From the sequence record SRR31156797_7382: 37,877 nt of DNA; one strand, written 5' to 3'. Position 1 is the stretch's first letter, and every line of letters begins with the position of its first letter. The notes beneath the pieces are model-generated. The model made no database searches. It was not told where the DNA came from and saw nothing but the letters and a program-made list of their open reading frames with translations. Shown piece after piece: positions 1 through 10,257 of the stretch. The translations under genes were made by a program, and so were the position numbers.

Positions 1-522
1 AAGTTTGTTGAAAAATTCTTTTTAAGCTTATTAGCAACTGATGAAGATTTTTATTCTTTAATGGAAGAGAAAAGTATCTACTGGAATGATGAAATAGAGT
101 TCATCATTAGTATGGTGCTGAAAACGGTTAAATCTTTTAAAGAAACAGATGATCAGGATACTTCAATTATGTCTTTATTTAAAGATAAAGAAGATGAAGT
201 GTATGTGAGAGATTTATTTCGCAAAGCTGTAGTGAATCATACCGATCATATAGAGTTGATTCAAAAGAATACAAAGAATTGGGATTTGGAGCGAATTGCT
301 TATATGGATATCTTGATTATGGAATTGGCACTTACTGAAATTAAGGAATTCCCAAGTGTACCTGTTAAAGTTAGTTTTAACGAATATCTTGAAATTGCTA
401 AGTTTTACAGTACTTCAAATAGTAGTAATTTTATCAATGGTATATTGGATAAGTTGGTAAAAGAGCTTAAAGATAACGGAAGCGTTAAAAAAGTTGGAAG
501 AGGTTTGGTTGGCGAAAAGTAA
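1..522 (+). CDS. nusB: Transcription antitermination factor NusB (5' truncated by window edge)
   Basis: Frame is open from base 1. C-terminal NusB motifs WDLERIAYMD, PVKVSFNEYLEIAKFYS, FINGILD; usual Bacteroidota nusB-DUF1573-yajC order. Confidence 0.93.
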   Translation, partial: KFVEKFFLSLLATDEDFYSLMEEKSIYWNDEIEFIISMVLKTVKSFKETDDQDTSIMSLFKDKEDEVYVRDLFRKAVVNHTDHIELIQKNTKNWDLERIAYMDILIMELALTEIKEFPSVPVKVSFNEYLEIAKFYSTSNSSNFINGILDKLVKELKDNGSVKKVGRGLVGEK

Positions 523-543
523 AACCAAATTAGATAAAGAATT

Positions 544-585
544 ACAAAGGTGTGTAAAGTTGAGATTTTACACACCTTTGTTTTT
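544..585 (+). terminator. Intrinsic terminator after nusB
   Basis: ACAAAGGTGTGTAAA / TTTACACACCTTTGT inverted repeat followed by a T-run. Confidence 0.75.
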
Positions 586-673
586 ATAAAAATCTGTATG
601 GAATATTACAATTTTTAGTACTTTCGACCTTTGTAAGATAGAACATGATATGAAGAATTGCCATTGTCTATGT

Positions 674-1108
674 ATGGAAAGAATTGTTGGTTTTGTTCTA
701 ATGTTTGTTGTTGCACTTTTTATTCAATGTTCCGATGGGGCGAAAAAAAAGAGCGATAAGAAGGAAGTAGAGCAGAATCTTGCTGGTGAAATCACTGCAT
801 ATCCTAAATTTGAGTTTAGTAAAGAATTACATAAATTTGGGGAGATTTCGGAAGGAGAGATTGCTATTTGTGAATTTTACTTTAAGAATATTGGTCAGCG
901 TGACTTAATAATTTCGAATATCGAAAGCAATTGTGGTTGTACCAATATAAAATGGGATAAAAAACCTATTAAATTTGGGCAAGAATCGAAAATTTCAATC
1001 GAATTTGATTCGAAAGGAAGATATGGCAAACAGTATAAAGTAATTACAGTATTGTGTAATACTTTAGAGAAAGAAAAGAAGTTGTATGTTACAGCTCAGG
1101 TAAAATAG
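674..1108 (+). CDS. DUF1573-domain (Ig-like) putative lipoprotein
   Basis: FG.I.EG...F.FKN.G..L.I..SNCGCT motif; hydrophobic leader ending in Cys. ATG 674 preferred over the ORF-track start at 650. Confidence 0.8.
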   Translation: MERIVGFVLMFVVALFIQCSDGAKKKSDKKEVEQNLAGEITAYPKFEFSKELHKFGEISEGEIAICEFYFKNIGQRDLIISNIESNCGCTNIKWDKKPIKFGQESKISIEFDSKGRYGKQYKVITVLCNTLEKEKKLYVTAQVK

Positions 1109-1168
1109 AATAAAGAATTTGTATTTTTATAATTAAACGGTCTGTAAGACCATAAATTTTGGATTGAA

Positions 1169-1489
1169 ATGAATAATTTACTAAACATCTTATTGATGGG
1201 TCAGCCTGCAGAAGGGCAGAGTCCATATGGATCTTTTCTAATGATGGGTGCCATTATTGTGGTATTTTATTTCTTTATGATTCGTCCTCAGCAGAAAAAA
1301 CAAAAAGAATTGAGGAAATTTCGTGAAGAATTGAAAAAAGGAGACAAGATTGTAACTACCGGTGGTATTTACGGGAAAGTTCTTGAAATTCAGGAACGTG
1401 CAATTGTTATTGAGGTTGAAGGACAAAACCGTTTGAAAGTTGATAAAGCAGCGGTTGTTAAAGATATGAGTGACGTAGCTCAAAAATAA
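1169..1489 (+). CDS. yajC: Preprotein translocase subunit YajC
   Basis: FYFFMIRPQQKKQK and LKKGDKIVTTGGIYGKV signatures. Confidence 0.97.
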   Translation: MNNLLNILLMGQPAEGQSPYGSFLMMGAIIVVFYFFMIRPQQKKQKELRKFREELKKGDKIVTTGGIYGKVLEIQERAIVIEVEGQNRLKVDKAAVVKDMSDVAQK

Positions 1490-1496
1490 TAAAACT

Positions 1497-1527
1497 TGAC
1501 TGTGTCCATTAGGGCACAGTCACTTTT
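1497..1527 (+). terminator. Hairpin/terminator after yajC
   Basis: TGACTGTGTCC-ATTA-GGGCACAGTCA followed by CTTTT. Confidence 0.65.
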
Positions 1528-1540
1528 AAATACCTGCATC

Positions 1541-2554
1541 TTGGATAATTTTAATTTTCAGAAACTAAAAGAATTTTTCAATAAAGAAAAAATTACCTCG
1601 AACAAGAAACTTGTGGTTTATTTGTTTTTCGTAGGTCTTTCAACAATATTTTGGTTTCTAAATGCTCTGAGTAAAGAGTATACTACTAGTATTAATTATC
1701 CGGTTAACTATACAAATCTACCTAAAGAGAAGATTTTGGTTAGCCAATTACCACCTAAATTGGATTTGCGTGTTCAGGCTTATGGCTTTGATTTGTTGAA
1801 ATACAAAGTGAGTACTGCATTTTTATCGAATCCATTCGATGTAAATGAATACACAAATTATCGAATCAATAAGAATTCGAAGAATAACTATCCATTAATT
1901 ACTTCTGGTATTATTAAGCGATTGGAAAGAGAACTATCTTCTGGTATTCAATTGTTGAGTATTAGTCCAGATACTTTGCATTTTCATTTTTCACCTGTAA
2001 AGGAAAAAAAAGTGCCTGTTAAATTGAATGCAAAAATTGGATTCGAACAGCAGTTTATGCAAAGTGAGCTAATAATTTTGGAGCCAGATAGTGTGATTGT
2101 TAAAGGAGCAGGTTCTATAATTGATTCTGTTGAGCAGATGGAAACTAAAGAATTGGTTCTATCCGGTTTAAAGGAAACAACAGATGAGAATATCGGATTT
2201 GCTAAGACAGATGGACTTGAAGTTTCATCTAAAAAAATAAAAGTTACCATTCCTGTTGTTAGGTTTACAGAGGCTCAAAAAAATGTACCAATCAGCATAA
2301 ATAATTTGCCTGATTCAGTTATTTTACGTTTGTTTCCAGGTGATGTAAAGGTATCTTATTTTGTAGGAATGAATAAGTACGAAAGCATTTCAGCAGATCA
2401 TTTTGATTTAAGAGTGGATTACAAAGAAGCGGCAAAAGGAGATGCAAGTAAGCTTAAGATAGAATTAAAGCGAAAACCAGATTTTGTTTCCAATGTAAGG
2501 TTTTATCCACAGTCAGTATCTTTTCTGATTGAGAATAGAAAATTAATTCAATAA
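1541..2554 (+). CDS. YbbR/CdaR-like membrane-anchored protein
   Basis: N-terminal TM (FLFFVGLSTIFWFL-like) followed by repeated YbbR-like beta domains (KKVPV, PDSV.V.G); lies before coaE. In-frame TTG 1541 preferred because 1496 falls in the yajC hairpin. Confidence 0.75.
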   Translation: MDNFNFQKLKEFFNKEKITSNKKLVVYLFFVGLSTIFWFLNALSKEYTTSINYPVNYTNLPKEKILVSQLPPKLDLRVQAYGFDLLKYKVSTAFLSNPFDVNEYTNYRINKNSKNNYPLITSGIIKRLERELSSGIQLLSISPDTLHFHFSPVKEKKVPVKLNAKIGFEQQFMQSELIILEPDSVIVKGAGSIIDSVEQMETKELVLSGLKETTDENIGFAKTDGLEVSSKKIKVTIPVVRFTEAQKNVPISINNLPDSVILRLFPGDVKVSYFVGMNKYESISADHFDLRVDYKEAAKGDASKLKIELKRKPDFVSNVRFYPQSVSFLIENRKLIQ

Positions 2555-2563
2555 CTCATTATC

Positions 2564-3148
2564 ATGCTAAAAATAGGTTTAACGGGCGGTATTGGCACTG
2601 GCAAATCAATTGTTGGTAAGGTATTTAGCCTTATGGGGATTCCTGTTTATATTTCTGATATTGAGGCCAAACGATTGATGAATGAGAACTTAATCATCAG
2701 AGAACGGCTTGTGGCTAGGTTTGGTAAAGAGGTTTATTTGCAGAATGAAAAATTAAATCGAAAATACCTTTCTGATATTATATTTAATCAACCTGATGCA
2801 TTGCAAGATGTAAATGCTATTGTACATCCGGTTGTTCGTGAAGATTTTGCCAATTGGTGTAAGATAAATAGCGAAGCCCCATATGTAATTCAGGAATCAG
2901 CAATTTTGTTTGATACTGGTTTATACAAGAATTTTGATAAAATTATAAGTGTTACCGCGCAGGAAGATATTCGAATTTCTCGTGTAACGAAACGGGATAG
3001 TGTGAGTGAGGAATCTGTGAAGGAAAGGATTAAAAATCAGATAGCTGAATCTGTGAAAGTTGCAAAATCGGATTATGTGATTTACAACAATACGGAATTG
3101 ATACTGCCACAAATAATAAAGATTGATTCAGAGCTGAAAAACGTATAA
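2564..3148 (+). CDS. coaE: Dephospho-CoA kinase
   Basis: IGLTGGIGTGKS P-loop, IVHP, ESAILF motifs. Confidence 0.96.
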   Translation: MLKIGLTGGIGTGKSIVGKVFSLMGIPVYISDIEAKRLMNENLIIRERLVARFGKEVYLQNEKLNRKYLSDIIFNQPDALQDVNAIVHPVVREDFANWCKINSEAPYVIQESAILFDTGLYKNFDKIISVTAQEDIRISRVTKRDSVSEESVKERIKNQIAESVKVAKSDYVIYNNTELILPQIIKIDSELKNV

Positions 3149-3283
3149 TTTATAAGGGTTTAAGCTGTTAAACTTTGTTAACGTTTAATCAATTTATCCC
3201 GTCTTTTTCAAAAATCAATTATCTTTAGATTTCTTTGAGATAAAAGAAAAATACAATAACAATTAAAATATTAGTACCGCAAT

Positions 3284-4003
3284 ATGGCGAAATACGGAAA
3301 ATGGATTGCCGGAGGATTAGGTTGGGCATTTTTGGGACCGATCGGAGGAGTTTTGGGATACTTGGTTGGATCGGCATTTGATACAGTTAAAATTGAAACT
3401 GGAAGAACGGCAGGACAAACACGTCAAGGAGATTTTGTAATGAGTTTATTGGTGTTGGTTGCTGCAGTAATGAAGGCTGATGGAAAAGTACTTCGCTCTG
3501 AATTGGATTACGTCAAAAATTATCTGGTTAGAAGTTTTGGACCAGGAAGAGCTACCGAAGCTGTTGCTATGCTTAAGGATATTTTAGCACAGAATATACA
3601 GGTAGAACAGGTTTGTAATCAAATACAGGCAAATTTAGATTATTCATCGCGATTGCAATTGATGCATTTCTTATTTGGGATTGCGCAAGCTGATGGTTCA
3701 ATTTCTACACCCGAACAAAATATTATCGATAAAATTTCATATTATCTGGGAATACAATCTGGAGATTATTCATCGATTAAATCGATGTTTGTAAAGGATA
3801 CCGATTCGAGTTATAAAATTCTGGGCCTGGAAAAAAGCGCTACCGATGATGAAGTGAAAAAGGCTTATCGAAAAATGGCGGTAAAATATCATCCTGATAA
3901 GGTGAGTTATTTGGGCGAAGATGTTCAAAAAGCTGCAAAAGAAAAATTTCAAAAAGTAAGCGAGGCTTTCGATCAAATTAAAAAGGAGAGAGGATTTGCT
4001 TAA
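3284..4003 (+). CDS. djlA: DjlA-like co-chaperone (TerB domain + C-terminal J domain)
   Basis: Gly-rich N-terminal TM, KADG/AQADG TerB motifs, J domain [12 protein letters not shown]. Confidence 0.85.
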   Translation: MAKYGKWIAGGLGWAFLGPIGGVLGYLVGSAFDTVKIETGRTAGQTRQGDFVMSLLVLVAAVMKADGKVLRSELDYVKNYLVRSFGPGRATEAVAMLKDILAQNIQVEQVCNQIQANLDYSSRLQLMHFLFGIAQADGSISTPEQNIIDKISYYLGIQSGDYSSIKSMFVKDTDSSYKILGLEKSATDDEVKKAYRKMAVKYHPDKVSYLGEDVQKAAKEKFQKVSEAFDQIKKERGFA

Positions 4004-4093
4004 TAAAGCTCTTATTTTGACTATTTTTTGCTAAATAGTTTTATAAAATACAATAGAATTATAAATTTGTGCTTCCAAATAAAAATTGAAAAT

Positions 4094-4513
4094 ATGTTGA
4101 AAGGAATATTAGCTATATCAGGACATTCAGGTCTTTTTAAAATGGTATCCAATGCTAAAAATGCATTGATCGTAGAATCGTTGGTTGATAAGAAACGTAT
4201 GCCAGCTTACGCTACATCAAAAATCAGTGCTTTAGAGGATATCGCAATCTTTACCGACGAAGGGGATGTGCAATTGGCTGAAGTTTTCAAAAGCATCAAA
4301 GAGAAAGAAAACGGAGGAAAAGCAATTAGTCACAAGGCTTCAGGAAAAGAATTAAAAGCATACATGGTTGAGGTTCTTCCTAACTATGATGAAGATCGTG
4401 TTTATGTTTCTGATATGAAGAAAGTTTTCCAATGGTACAACTTGTTGCAAGAAAACAATATGTTGGAAGATCTTGATAAAGAAGAAGAACAAGTAGAAAA
4501 TACTGAAGAATAA
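4094..4513 (+). CDS. DUF5606-family conserved Bacteroidota protein
   Basis: MLKGILAISGHSGLFK, LEDIAIFT, PNYDEDRVYVSDMKK..WYNLL; ATG 4094 follows a TAAATTTG -7 box (4062-4069). Confidence 0.8.
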   Translation: MLKGILAISGHSGLFKMVSNAKNALIVESLVDKKRMPAYATSKISALEDIAIFTDEGDVQLAEVFKSIKEKENGGKAISHKASGKELKAYMVEVLPNYDEDRVYVSDMKKVFQWYNLLQENNMLEDLDKEEEQVENTEE

Positions 4514-4536
4514 AGGTATACTGCTTTAAAATACTT

Positions 4537-4561
4537 GACCGCCTAATTGGGCGGTTTTTTT
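4537..4561 (+). terminator. Intrinsic terminator
   Basis: GACCGCCT-AATT-GGGCGGTT followed by a T-run. Confidence 0.8.
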
Positions 4562-4614
4562 ATGCCCTAAAATTGTGAGATCATATATTTTTCATGAACT
4601 TGTAAATTATAGCA

Positions 4615-5145
4615 ATGGAGGTGAAAATGGAAAAACAATTGACTCAGAAATACCTGCTTAGAAAATGGCGAGAAGGCGATGAAGATAGTATTGTGAAATA
4701 TGCAAACAATACTGAAGTTTCAAAATTCCTTAAAGATAGTTTTCCTTCACCTTATACTTATAGTGATGCCTTGCGTTGGGTTCGTTTTTCGAACCGAAGT
4801 GTTGATGCTTATCATATGGCAATTGTAATTGAAGAAAATGCTGTAGGTTGTATTGGTGTGGAGAAACAGCAGGATGTATATCGTAAATCGGCTGAGTTGG
4901 GTTATTGGTTAGGGCAAGAATACTGGAATCAGGGAATAATGACAGATGTGGTGAAACAAGTGGTGGATCTGGCTTTCGACAAAATGGATATCGTTCGTAT
5001 GTATGCTTATGTGTTTTCGGGCAATATTGCATCCTCAAAAGTACTTGAGAAAGCTGGATTTATACTAGAGTCAAGACAAGTTGCTGCTGTGTATAAAAAT
5101 GGAAAGCATATGGATCAGTTGGTGTATTCAATTGTTAGAATATAA
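4615..5145 (+). CDS. GNAT acetyltransferase, RimJ/RimL family
   Basis: AELGYWLGQEYWNQGIMT, N.AS.KVLEKAGF motifs; start could be 4627. Confidence 0.9.
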   Translation: MEVKMEKQLTQKYLLRKWREGDEDSIVKYANNTEVSKFLKDSFPSPYTYSDALRWVRFSNRSVDAYHMAIVIEENAVGCIGVEKQQDVYRKSAELGYWLGQEYWNQGIMTDVVKQVVDLAFDKMDIVRMYAYVFSGNIASSKVLEKAGFILESRQVAAVYKNGKHMDQLVYSIVRI

Positions 5146-5149
5146 TGAC

Positions 5150-5175
5150 AAAAAAAAAGAGGCTTTCGCCTCTTT
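5150..5175. terminator. Terminator between convergent genes
   Basis: A-run, then AAAGAGGC-TTTC-GCCTCTTT. Confidence 0.7.
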
Positions 5176-5177
5176 CC

Positions 5178-6404
5178 TTATTCTCCATCAAATATAATAT
5201 TGTATGATTCCCAAAATTTCTTGTCGTAAGGCATATTTTCGTAATACGACCTTTTTTCAATTGCTTCGGGGTCTTCAGTGTTTATTTTTGTAATTAACAT
5301 TTCTGTATTGATATCTAAAACTTTTTCTGTTCCACTTGTTTTTTCTTTCAATTCGTGTTGACGTTTGTAGTTTACGTAACTCAAATAGTACCTGCCAGAG
5401 TGTTGCTTATAGGTAACACTAAAATCGTATTCAATTTTTAAAGGTTTCCATTTTTGGCGATTTTCGTTCACATAAAAACTACGTCCTTGTGGCGAGTAAT
5501 TGCTTGCAATAACATGTGTTTCATTCTTAATTACTGCATAATCTTTAATCTTGATATAAATTTTCCCAGAGTACGATTTTGCATAGTAATCACCAGTATT
5601 GCTTAAGATTGGTCGTTTGCTTTTGTAGCTAATTACCCAAATCGAATCATTCTCATATTCGGTAATCTGATCCAATTTTAAATCATAAAAGCCAATGTGA
5701 TTGCCATTTAAAACATTTCCTCGACTTCTGACAATATCCATTTCAAGTAGCTCGTCTAAATAGGTTGAGCCATCTGCAAGAGAGGCTGGTTCGAAGTTCT
5801 TGCGTACTTGTAAAAACTTATACCCACGTTCTTTAAATACTTGATAAGCATCTGCTCTTTGGTAGCCTTTATCGTCATATATTCTAACAGCTGCTTCTCT
5901 TAAGCGGCTTAAATCGTTGTTTTCGAATTTCTCTGATCGATAGTAAACATCGTAATTGAAAGGTGTTTGGATGTAGTTTTCAGGAATTCTTTCCATAGCC
6001 ATCTTAATTCTCTTTTGTAGAACTAATGATTCAGCCATTACCTCAACTTCGCCAATGTTGTAATTCTTAGGTATTAATTCAACAAATAAAGTATCGATAT
6101 CAACACAATCGGCAACTTTTGCATTGAAAGTAGAAAATCCAACTGCCGAAGCCTGAATTATTTTATCGCTGTATTTTCCAGGTATTTTAAATTCAAAAAT
6201 ACCATCGAGATTTGAGGCAGCACCAATATAAGAACCAATAACACCAACATTGGCAAATGGAATGGGTTCCTGATTTTGTTTATTGATTAGTTTACCAACT
6301 ATTCGAATGATTTTAGTGTTGCCTTCTTCATTTTGAGACTCTTGAGCAATTCCCACAAAAGAGAAGAGCAAAAGAGCAATGCTTAAAAGAGTTATTTTTT
6401 GCAT
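5178..6404 (-). CDS. Secreted carboxypeptidase-regulatory-like (CarbopepD_reg_2) domain protein
   Basis: Signal peptide MQKITLL..., then G.LINKQNQEPIPFANV..G.ASNLDG.F; start 6404 preferred over 6512. Confidence 0.75.
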   Translation of the reverse strand: MQKITLLSIALLLFSFVGIAQESQNEEGNTKIIRIVGKLINKQNQEPIPFANVGVIGSYIGAASNLDGIFEFKIPGKYSDKIIQASAVGFSTFNAKVADCVDIDTLFVELIPKNYNIGEVEVMAESLVLQKRIKMAMERIPENYIQTPFNYDVYYRSEKFENNDLSRLREAAVRIYDDKGYQRADAYQVFKERGYKFLQVRKNFEPASLADGSTYLDELLEMDIVRSRGNVLNGNHIGFYDLKLDQITEYENDSIWVISYKSKRPILSNTGDYYAKSYSGKIYIKIKDYAVIKNETHVIASNYSPQGRSFYVNENRQKWKPLKIEYDFSVTYKQHSGRYYLSYVNYKRQHELKEKTSGTEKVLDINTEMLITKINTEDPEAIEKRSYYENMPYDKKFWESYNIIFDGE

Positions 6405-6683
6405 GCTATGTAGGATTTTTTTATTCATTTGAAAGAAGCTATCAATTTGTTTGCCAAATATGGAATTACAAATAGTTAATTTTAGCCTCATTCTTGATAC
6501 TAATCTATACAAAGATATGTTAATATCATTTCAGGAAAAGAGAAATGAACTGCTTTCGCTTTAAAAAATGTTAAATTTTAGGCTGTTTTATTTATTTTTT
6601 GTTGAATAAGAAATATCTTCGCTTGTATTTCAGTTCTAATTAGTAGAAATTGAAACTTATCCAATGATATAAAAATACATCCT

Positions 6684-7373
6684 ATGAAAAATAAATTACT
6701 AGTTCTGTCTTTAGCTTCACTGATGTTAAGCTCTTGTGTTGTATCGAAAAAGAAATATGAAGAGTTGGAATATGCAAAGCGAAGAAGCGATGCAAAAGTT
6801 AGCGCTCTTGATAAAGAGAACTCAAAAAAGAAAAAGCAAATTGGTGATTTGAATTCGAAATTAGATAAAACTTTAGCCGAGTTTAACGAGATGAAGAATA
6901 GTATGGCTGAAAGCAATGCCATGAAAAATTCTGAGATCGATGGTTTAAGTACTGAGTTAATGGGATTGGCATCGGATACAACGGCTTTAAAAACCCGATT
7001 GAACGAAACACTTGAGAAATACAATAACATTATCAATCAAAACAGCAATAATGAAAATAAAATTGCTGATATGATGAAGCAGGTTAAAGATTTGAAATCT
7101 GAAACGGCTAAATTATCTGAAGAAATAAAAACTGCTAGCGTAGAAGCTGAATGGGATAAGAAAAAACTGGAGACAGAAAAAAAGAAGACAAGTGATGCCA
7201 TTTCTCGAAAAGACAATGAAATTGCAGAATTAAAGAAACAAATAGAGGAGAGAGACGGAAAATTAAGCTGGTTGCGTAAGGTGAAAGTAAAAAATGAAGC
7301 GGAAATTGAGCGATTAACCAATCAGGTGAAGTTGTATAAATCAGAATATGAGAAAGCAATTGGTGGAAAATAA
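6684..7373 (+). CDS. Coiled-coil lipoprotein
   Basis: Lipobox LSSC, then VVSKKKYEEL and heptad-rich K/E/L sequence to the C-terminus. Confidence 0.75.
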   Translation: MKNKLLVLSLASLMLSSCVVSKKKYEELEYAKRRSDAKVSALDKENSKKKKQIGDLNSKLDKTLAEFNEMKNSMAESNAMKNSEIDGLSTELMGLASDTTALKTRLNETLEKYNNIINQNSNNENKIADMMKQVKDLKSETAKLSEEIKTASVEAEWDKKKLETEKKKTSDAISRKDNEIAELKKQIEERDGKLSWLRKVKVKNEAEIERLTNQVKLYKSEYEKAIGGK

Positions 7374-7392
7374 TATCGAACTAATATGAGAT

Positions 7393-7433
7393 ACAAACCA
7401 CAAATTACCTGTAATTTGTGGTTTTGTTTTTTT
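7393..7433 (+). terminator. Intrinsic terminator
   Basis: AAACCACAAATTAC / GTAATTTGTGGTTT followed by a T-run. Confidence 0.8.
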
Positions 7434-7453
7434 AACCTTAAAGCAAATAAGTT

Positions 7454-8050
7454 ATGAAAGAAATGTGGGATAAGAAATACACTGAAGCCAAACACATATA
7501 TGGTACTAAACCCAATTCCTTTTTTGAGAGTGAGCTTATTAAGTTGAATTCTGGTAGATTGTTATTGCCCGGCGATGGCGAAGGTCGAAATGCGGCATTT
7601 GCTTCGAAACTTGGTTGGAGTGTGGAGTCTTTTGATTACAGTGAACAGGCTGTGAGAAATGCAAAAACGTTTTTATCAGAGCAAGGCCTTAAGGTAAATT
7701 GTATTCAGGCTAGCATATTAGATAAACCTTTTTCAGAGGAAAAATTTGATGCTGTAGGAATGTTCTATCTTCATTTAGCGGAAGTTGATCGACCAAAAGC
7801 ACATGAGTTTATTTCTAGTTCTGTCGCGAAAGATGGATATCTGATTATGGAAGTTTTCTCGAAAAAGCAATTGGGTAGATCATCGGGTGGACCGCAAAAT
7901 GAAAATATGCTTTATGAAATTTCTGAGTTTGAAAGAGATTTTCCCGGTTTTGAATCTATTTATTTAGAAGAATTGGAAGTAGATTTGGATGAAGGAGAAT
8001 TGCACCAGGGCAAAGCAATGGTAATTCGATTCTTAGGAAAGAAATTATAA
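7454..8050 (+). CDS. Class I SAM-dependent methyltransferase
   Basis: WD..Y...YG..PN, LLLPGDGEGRNA motif I, H.G.A.VIRF end. Confidence 0.88.
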   Translation: MKEMWDKKYTEAKHIYGTKPNSFFESELIKLNSGRLLLPGDGEGRNAAFASKLGWSVESFDYSEQAVRNAKTFLSEQGLKVNCIQASILDKPFSEEKFDAVGMFYLHLAEVDRPKAHEFISSSVAKDGYLIMEVFSKKQLGRSSGGPQNENMLYEISEFERDFPGFESIYLEELEVDLDEGELHQGKAMVIRFLGKKL

Positions 8051-8182
8051 GCTCTAGAATTATTTAAGTGGATACTGTTTCTTATAACTTAGGAGAAAAT
8101 CTATTCCATTTATGTTGATGAATAGTCAAACTTATATCTAGATATCTTGATTTATTAGATCTGAATTTTTAGCTTTGCACAC

Positions 8183-8578
8183 ATGGAAGTTTTATTGATA
8201 TCACTGGTGGTGATTGCTGCGGTAGCATTTTTGACAACTTGGGTTGGTCAAAAGCTAAGAGCTCGAAAAGGGGAGGTTGAAGAAGAAACTGCATCGGAAC
8301 CGATGGAGGAGTGCTGTGGTGCGCATGAGGTTTGTGAGACCGATTTAATCAATAAATTGTCTGAGGAGATTATCTATTACGAAGATGAAGAATTGGATGC
8401 TTATAAAAATTACGAGGAGAATGACTATAACGACGATCAGATAGATGAATTTCGTGAAGTATTGTACAGCCTTAAAGAAAAAGAAATTGAGGGTTGGATA
8501 AAAAGCCTAGATCTTCGAAAAATTGAAATGCCATCGGTCATAAAATCCGAATTGGTGTTTATGCTGGTAAGGAATTAA
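8183..8578 (+). CDS. Small membrane-anchored protein with CCG-x-H-x2-C motif
   Basis: N-terminal TM, ECCGAHEVCE, YYEDEELD, EFREVLY; TAGCTTTG box at 8170-8177. Confidence 0.7.
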   Translation: MEVLLISLVVIAAVAFLTTWVGQKLRARKGEVEEETASEPMEECCGAHEVCETDLINKLSEEIIYYEDEELDAYKNYEENDYNDDQIDEFREVLYSLKEKEIEGWIKSLDLRKIEMPSVIKSELVFMLVRN

Positions 8579-8600
8579 ATAGTTAAAACAGAATATAAGA

Positions 8601-8632
8601 AGAACCGTTTCGCATTGCGAGGCGGTTTTTTT
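8601..8632 (+). terminator. Intrinsic terminator
   Basis: AACCGTTTCGC-ATT-GCGAGGCGGTT followed by a T-run. Confidence 0.8.
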
Positions 8633-8749
8633 GTACAATCAAATATTGTGAATTGATTGTACAAATACTTTGTTTACGGTTTATTGTTTTGTAGATTCAA
8701 GAGTAAAATTTGAATTCATGTATTTTATTTACTAGTTAATCATTTAAAC

Positions 8750-10024
8750 TTGAAAGCAGTACTATTTTCATTAGGAAGTCGAGGAGACATTGAGCCTTTG
8801 TTTGCTTTGGGAGAAATTCTCAGGAGCAAGGATTGGGAGGTAGTTTATGTTTTTCCGGAACAGTTTCGTGAGTTGGTAGAGGAGAGTAATGCCAGATTTT
8901 ATCCTTTTACCAAAGAATTTTTGGAGGTGTTAATTACTGGTGAGAAATCGAAGCAATTAACCAGCCGGAGCGGATCGTGGTTCAAACGAATGAAGGTGTT
9001 GCTTGGTTTGGCTAAAAAATCAATTCGAATTAATAAAGAAGTTGTTCGGCAGCAGAAGAAAATTCTCGAACTTGAACAGCCCGACTATGTATTCTACAAT
9101 CAGAAATGTGTGTATCCTATAGTGTGGGAGTTTCAGAATCCTGGGCGAGGAGTATTCGTTCATCCTTTCCCATGTTTTTTGCACAAGGTAAAATATCATT
9201 CGATAATCGGTTTTACGGGTGGTGGTAATTATGGAATATTTCTAAATTTGTTTACCTATTCACTTCAAAGTTTAATACTTTCAATAGCCGTTTATTTTTC
9301 CACTCGAAAATACCTGCGAAATAAGTTGAATCCTTTTTCTATTAGAAAGAGATTGTTGAAACAGACCAAATCGATTTATACCATTTCACCATCACTTTTT
9401 AAACAACCATCTTACTGGTTGGCAAATGCAAATGTAGTGGGCTACTACGAACGCAATAAAATTGATTCCTGGATTCCAAGTCAGGACTTGCTCGATTTTA
9501 TAAGGAAGTATCAAAAGATTGTATTCATTACGTTTGGAAGTATATCAAATACCAATCCAAGGGAAAAGACAAATGCTATTCTTTCCGTATTAGAGAAGCA
9601 TAAAATTCCTGCAATTGTAAATACATCCTGGGGTGGATTAATTCAACCTGAACATCATGCAGATCATATCCATTTTGTAAATCAAATACCTTACGATTGG
9701 ATCATGCCAAAGATGTATGCAGTGGTTCATCATGGCGGCTCAGGAACAACACATTCTGCTTTAAAATATGGATGTGCCAATTTAATTGTTCCCCATTTTA
9801 TCGATCAATTTTTTTGGAACGAAACAATTTATAAATTAAATCTTGGACCTAAAGGAGTTTCTATTAAAAAAATAAATACAATAAATTTTGAAGATAAGCT
9901 GTTGGATTTGCTGAATAAGGAAGAGTATAAGCAAAATGCAGAAGCTATTGGTAGGCAAATGCAAATTGAAAAGGATATAAATCAAATGTTGCAAATTATT
10001 TTAAGTGATTGTAATCAAATGTAA
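8750..10024 (+). CDS. GT-B glycosyltransferase, GT1 (sterol/lipid glucosyltransferase-like)
   Basis: GSRGDIEP N-terminal motif, FITFGS, VVHHGGSGTT, P...DQFFW; TTG start. Confidence 0.88.
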   Translation: MKAVLFSLGSRGDIEPLFALGEILRSKDWEVVYVFPEQFRELVEESNARFYPFTKEFLEVLITGEKSKQLTSRSGSWFKRMKVLLGLAKKSIRINKEVVRQQKKILELEQPDYVFYNQKCVYPIVWEFQNPGRGVFVHPFPCFLHKVKYHSIIGFTGGGNYGIFLNLFTYSLQSLILSIAVYFSTRKYLRNKLNPFSIRKRLLKQTKSIYTISPSLFKQPSYWLANANVVGYYERNKIDSWIPSQDLLDFIRKYQKIVFITFGSISNTNPREKTNAILSVLEKHKIPAIVNTSWGGLIQPEHHADHIHFVNQIPYDWIMPKMYAVVHHGGSGTTHSALKYGCANLIVPHFIDQFFWNETIYKLNLGPKGVSIKKINTINFEDKLLDLLNKEEYKQNAEAIGRQMQIEKDINQMLQIILSDCNQM

Positions 10025-10257
10025 GTTTGTAGAATTCTTATTTTAACCAATTAAAAGCACGAAAAGATTATCATTTAGTAAAAGTATTTTTACATTTATG
10101 ATCATCATAATAAAAAATCAATCGATTTGATGTTGAGATTGTGATTTTTATCAAAAACTGAATTTATTCTTACTGGTTAAAAATCAGAAAATTAAGTGGT
10201 AAAATCTAAATTGTATCATTCTATTCATAAATAGGCAATACTTCCTATTTAAATTGT

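Noticed and set aside
3155-3190. Repeated GTTAA words upstream of the djlA-like gene (also near 6517, 6568, 31634)
   Set aside because: Too short and AT-rich to separate from background
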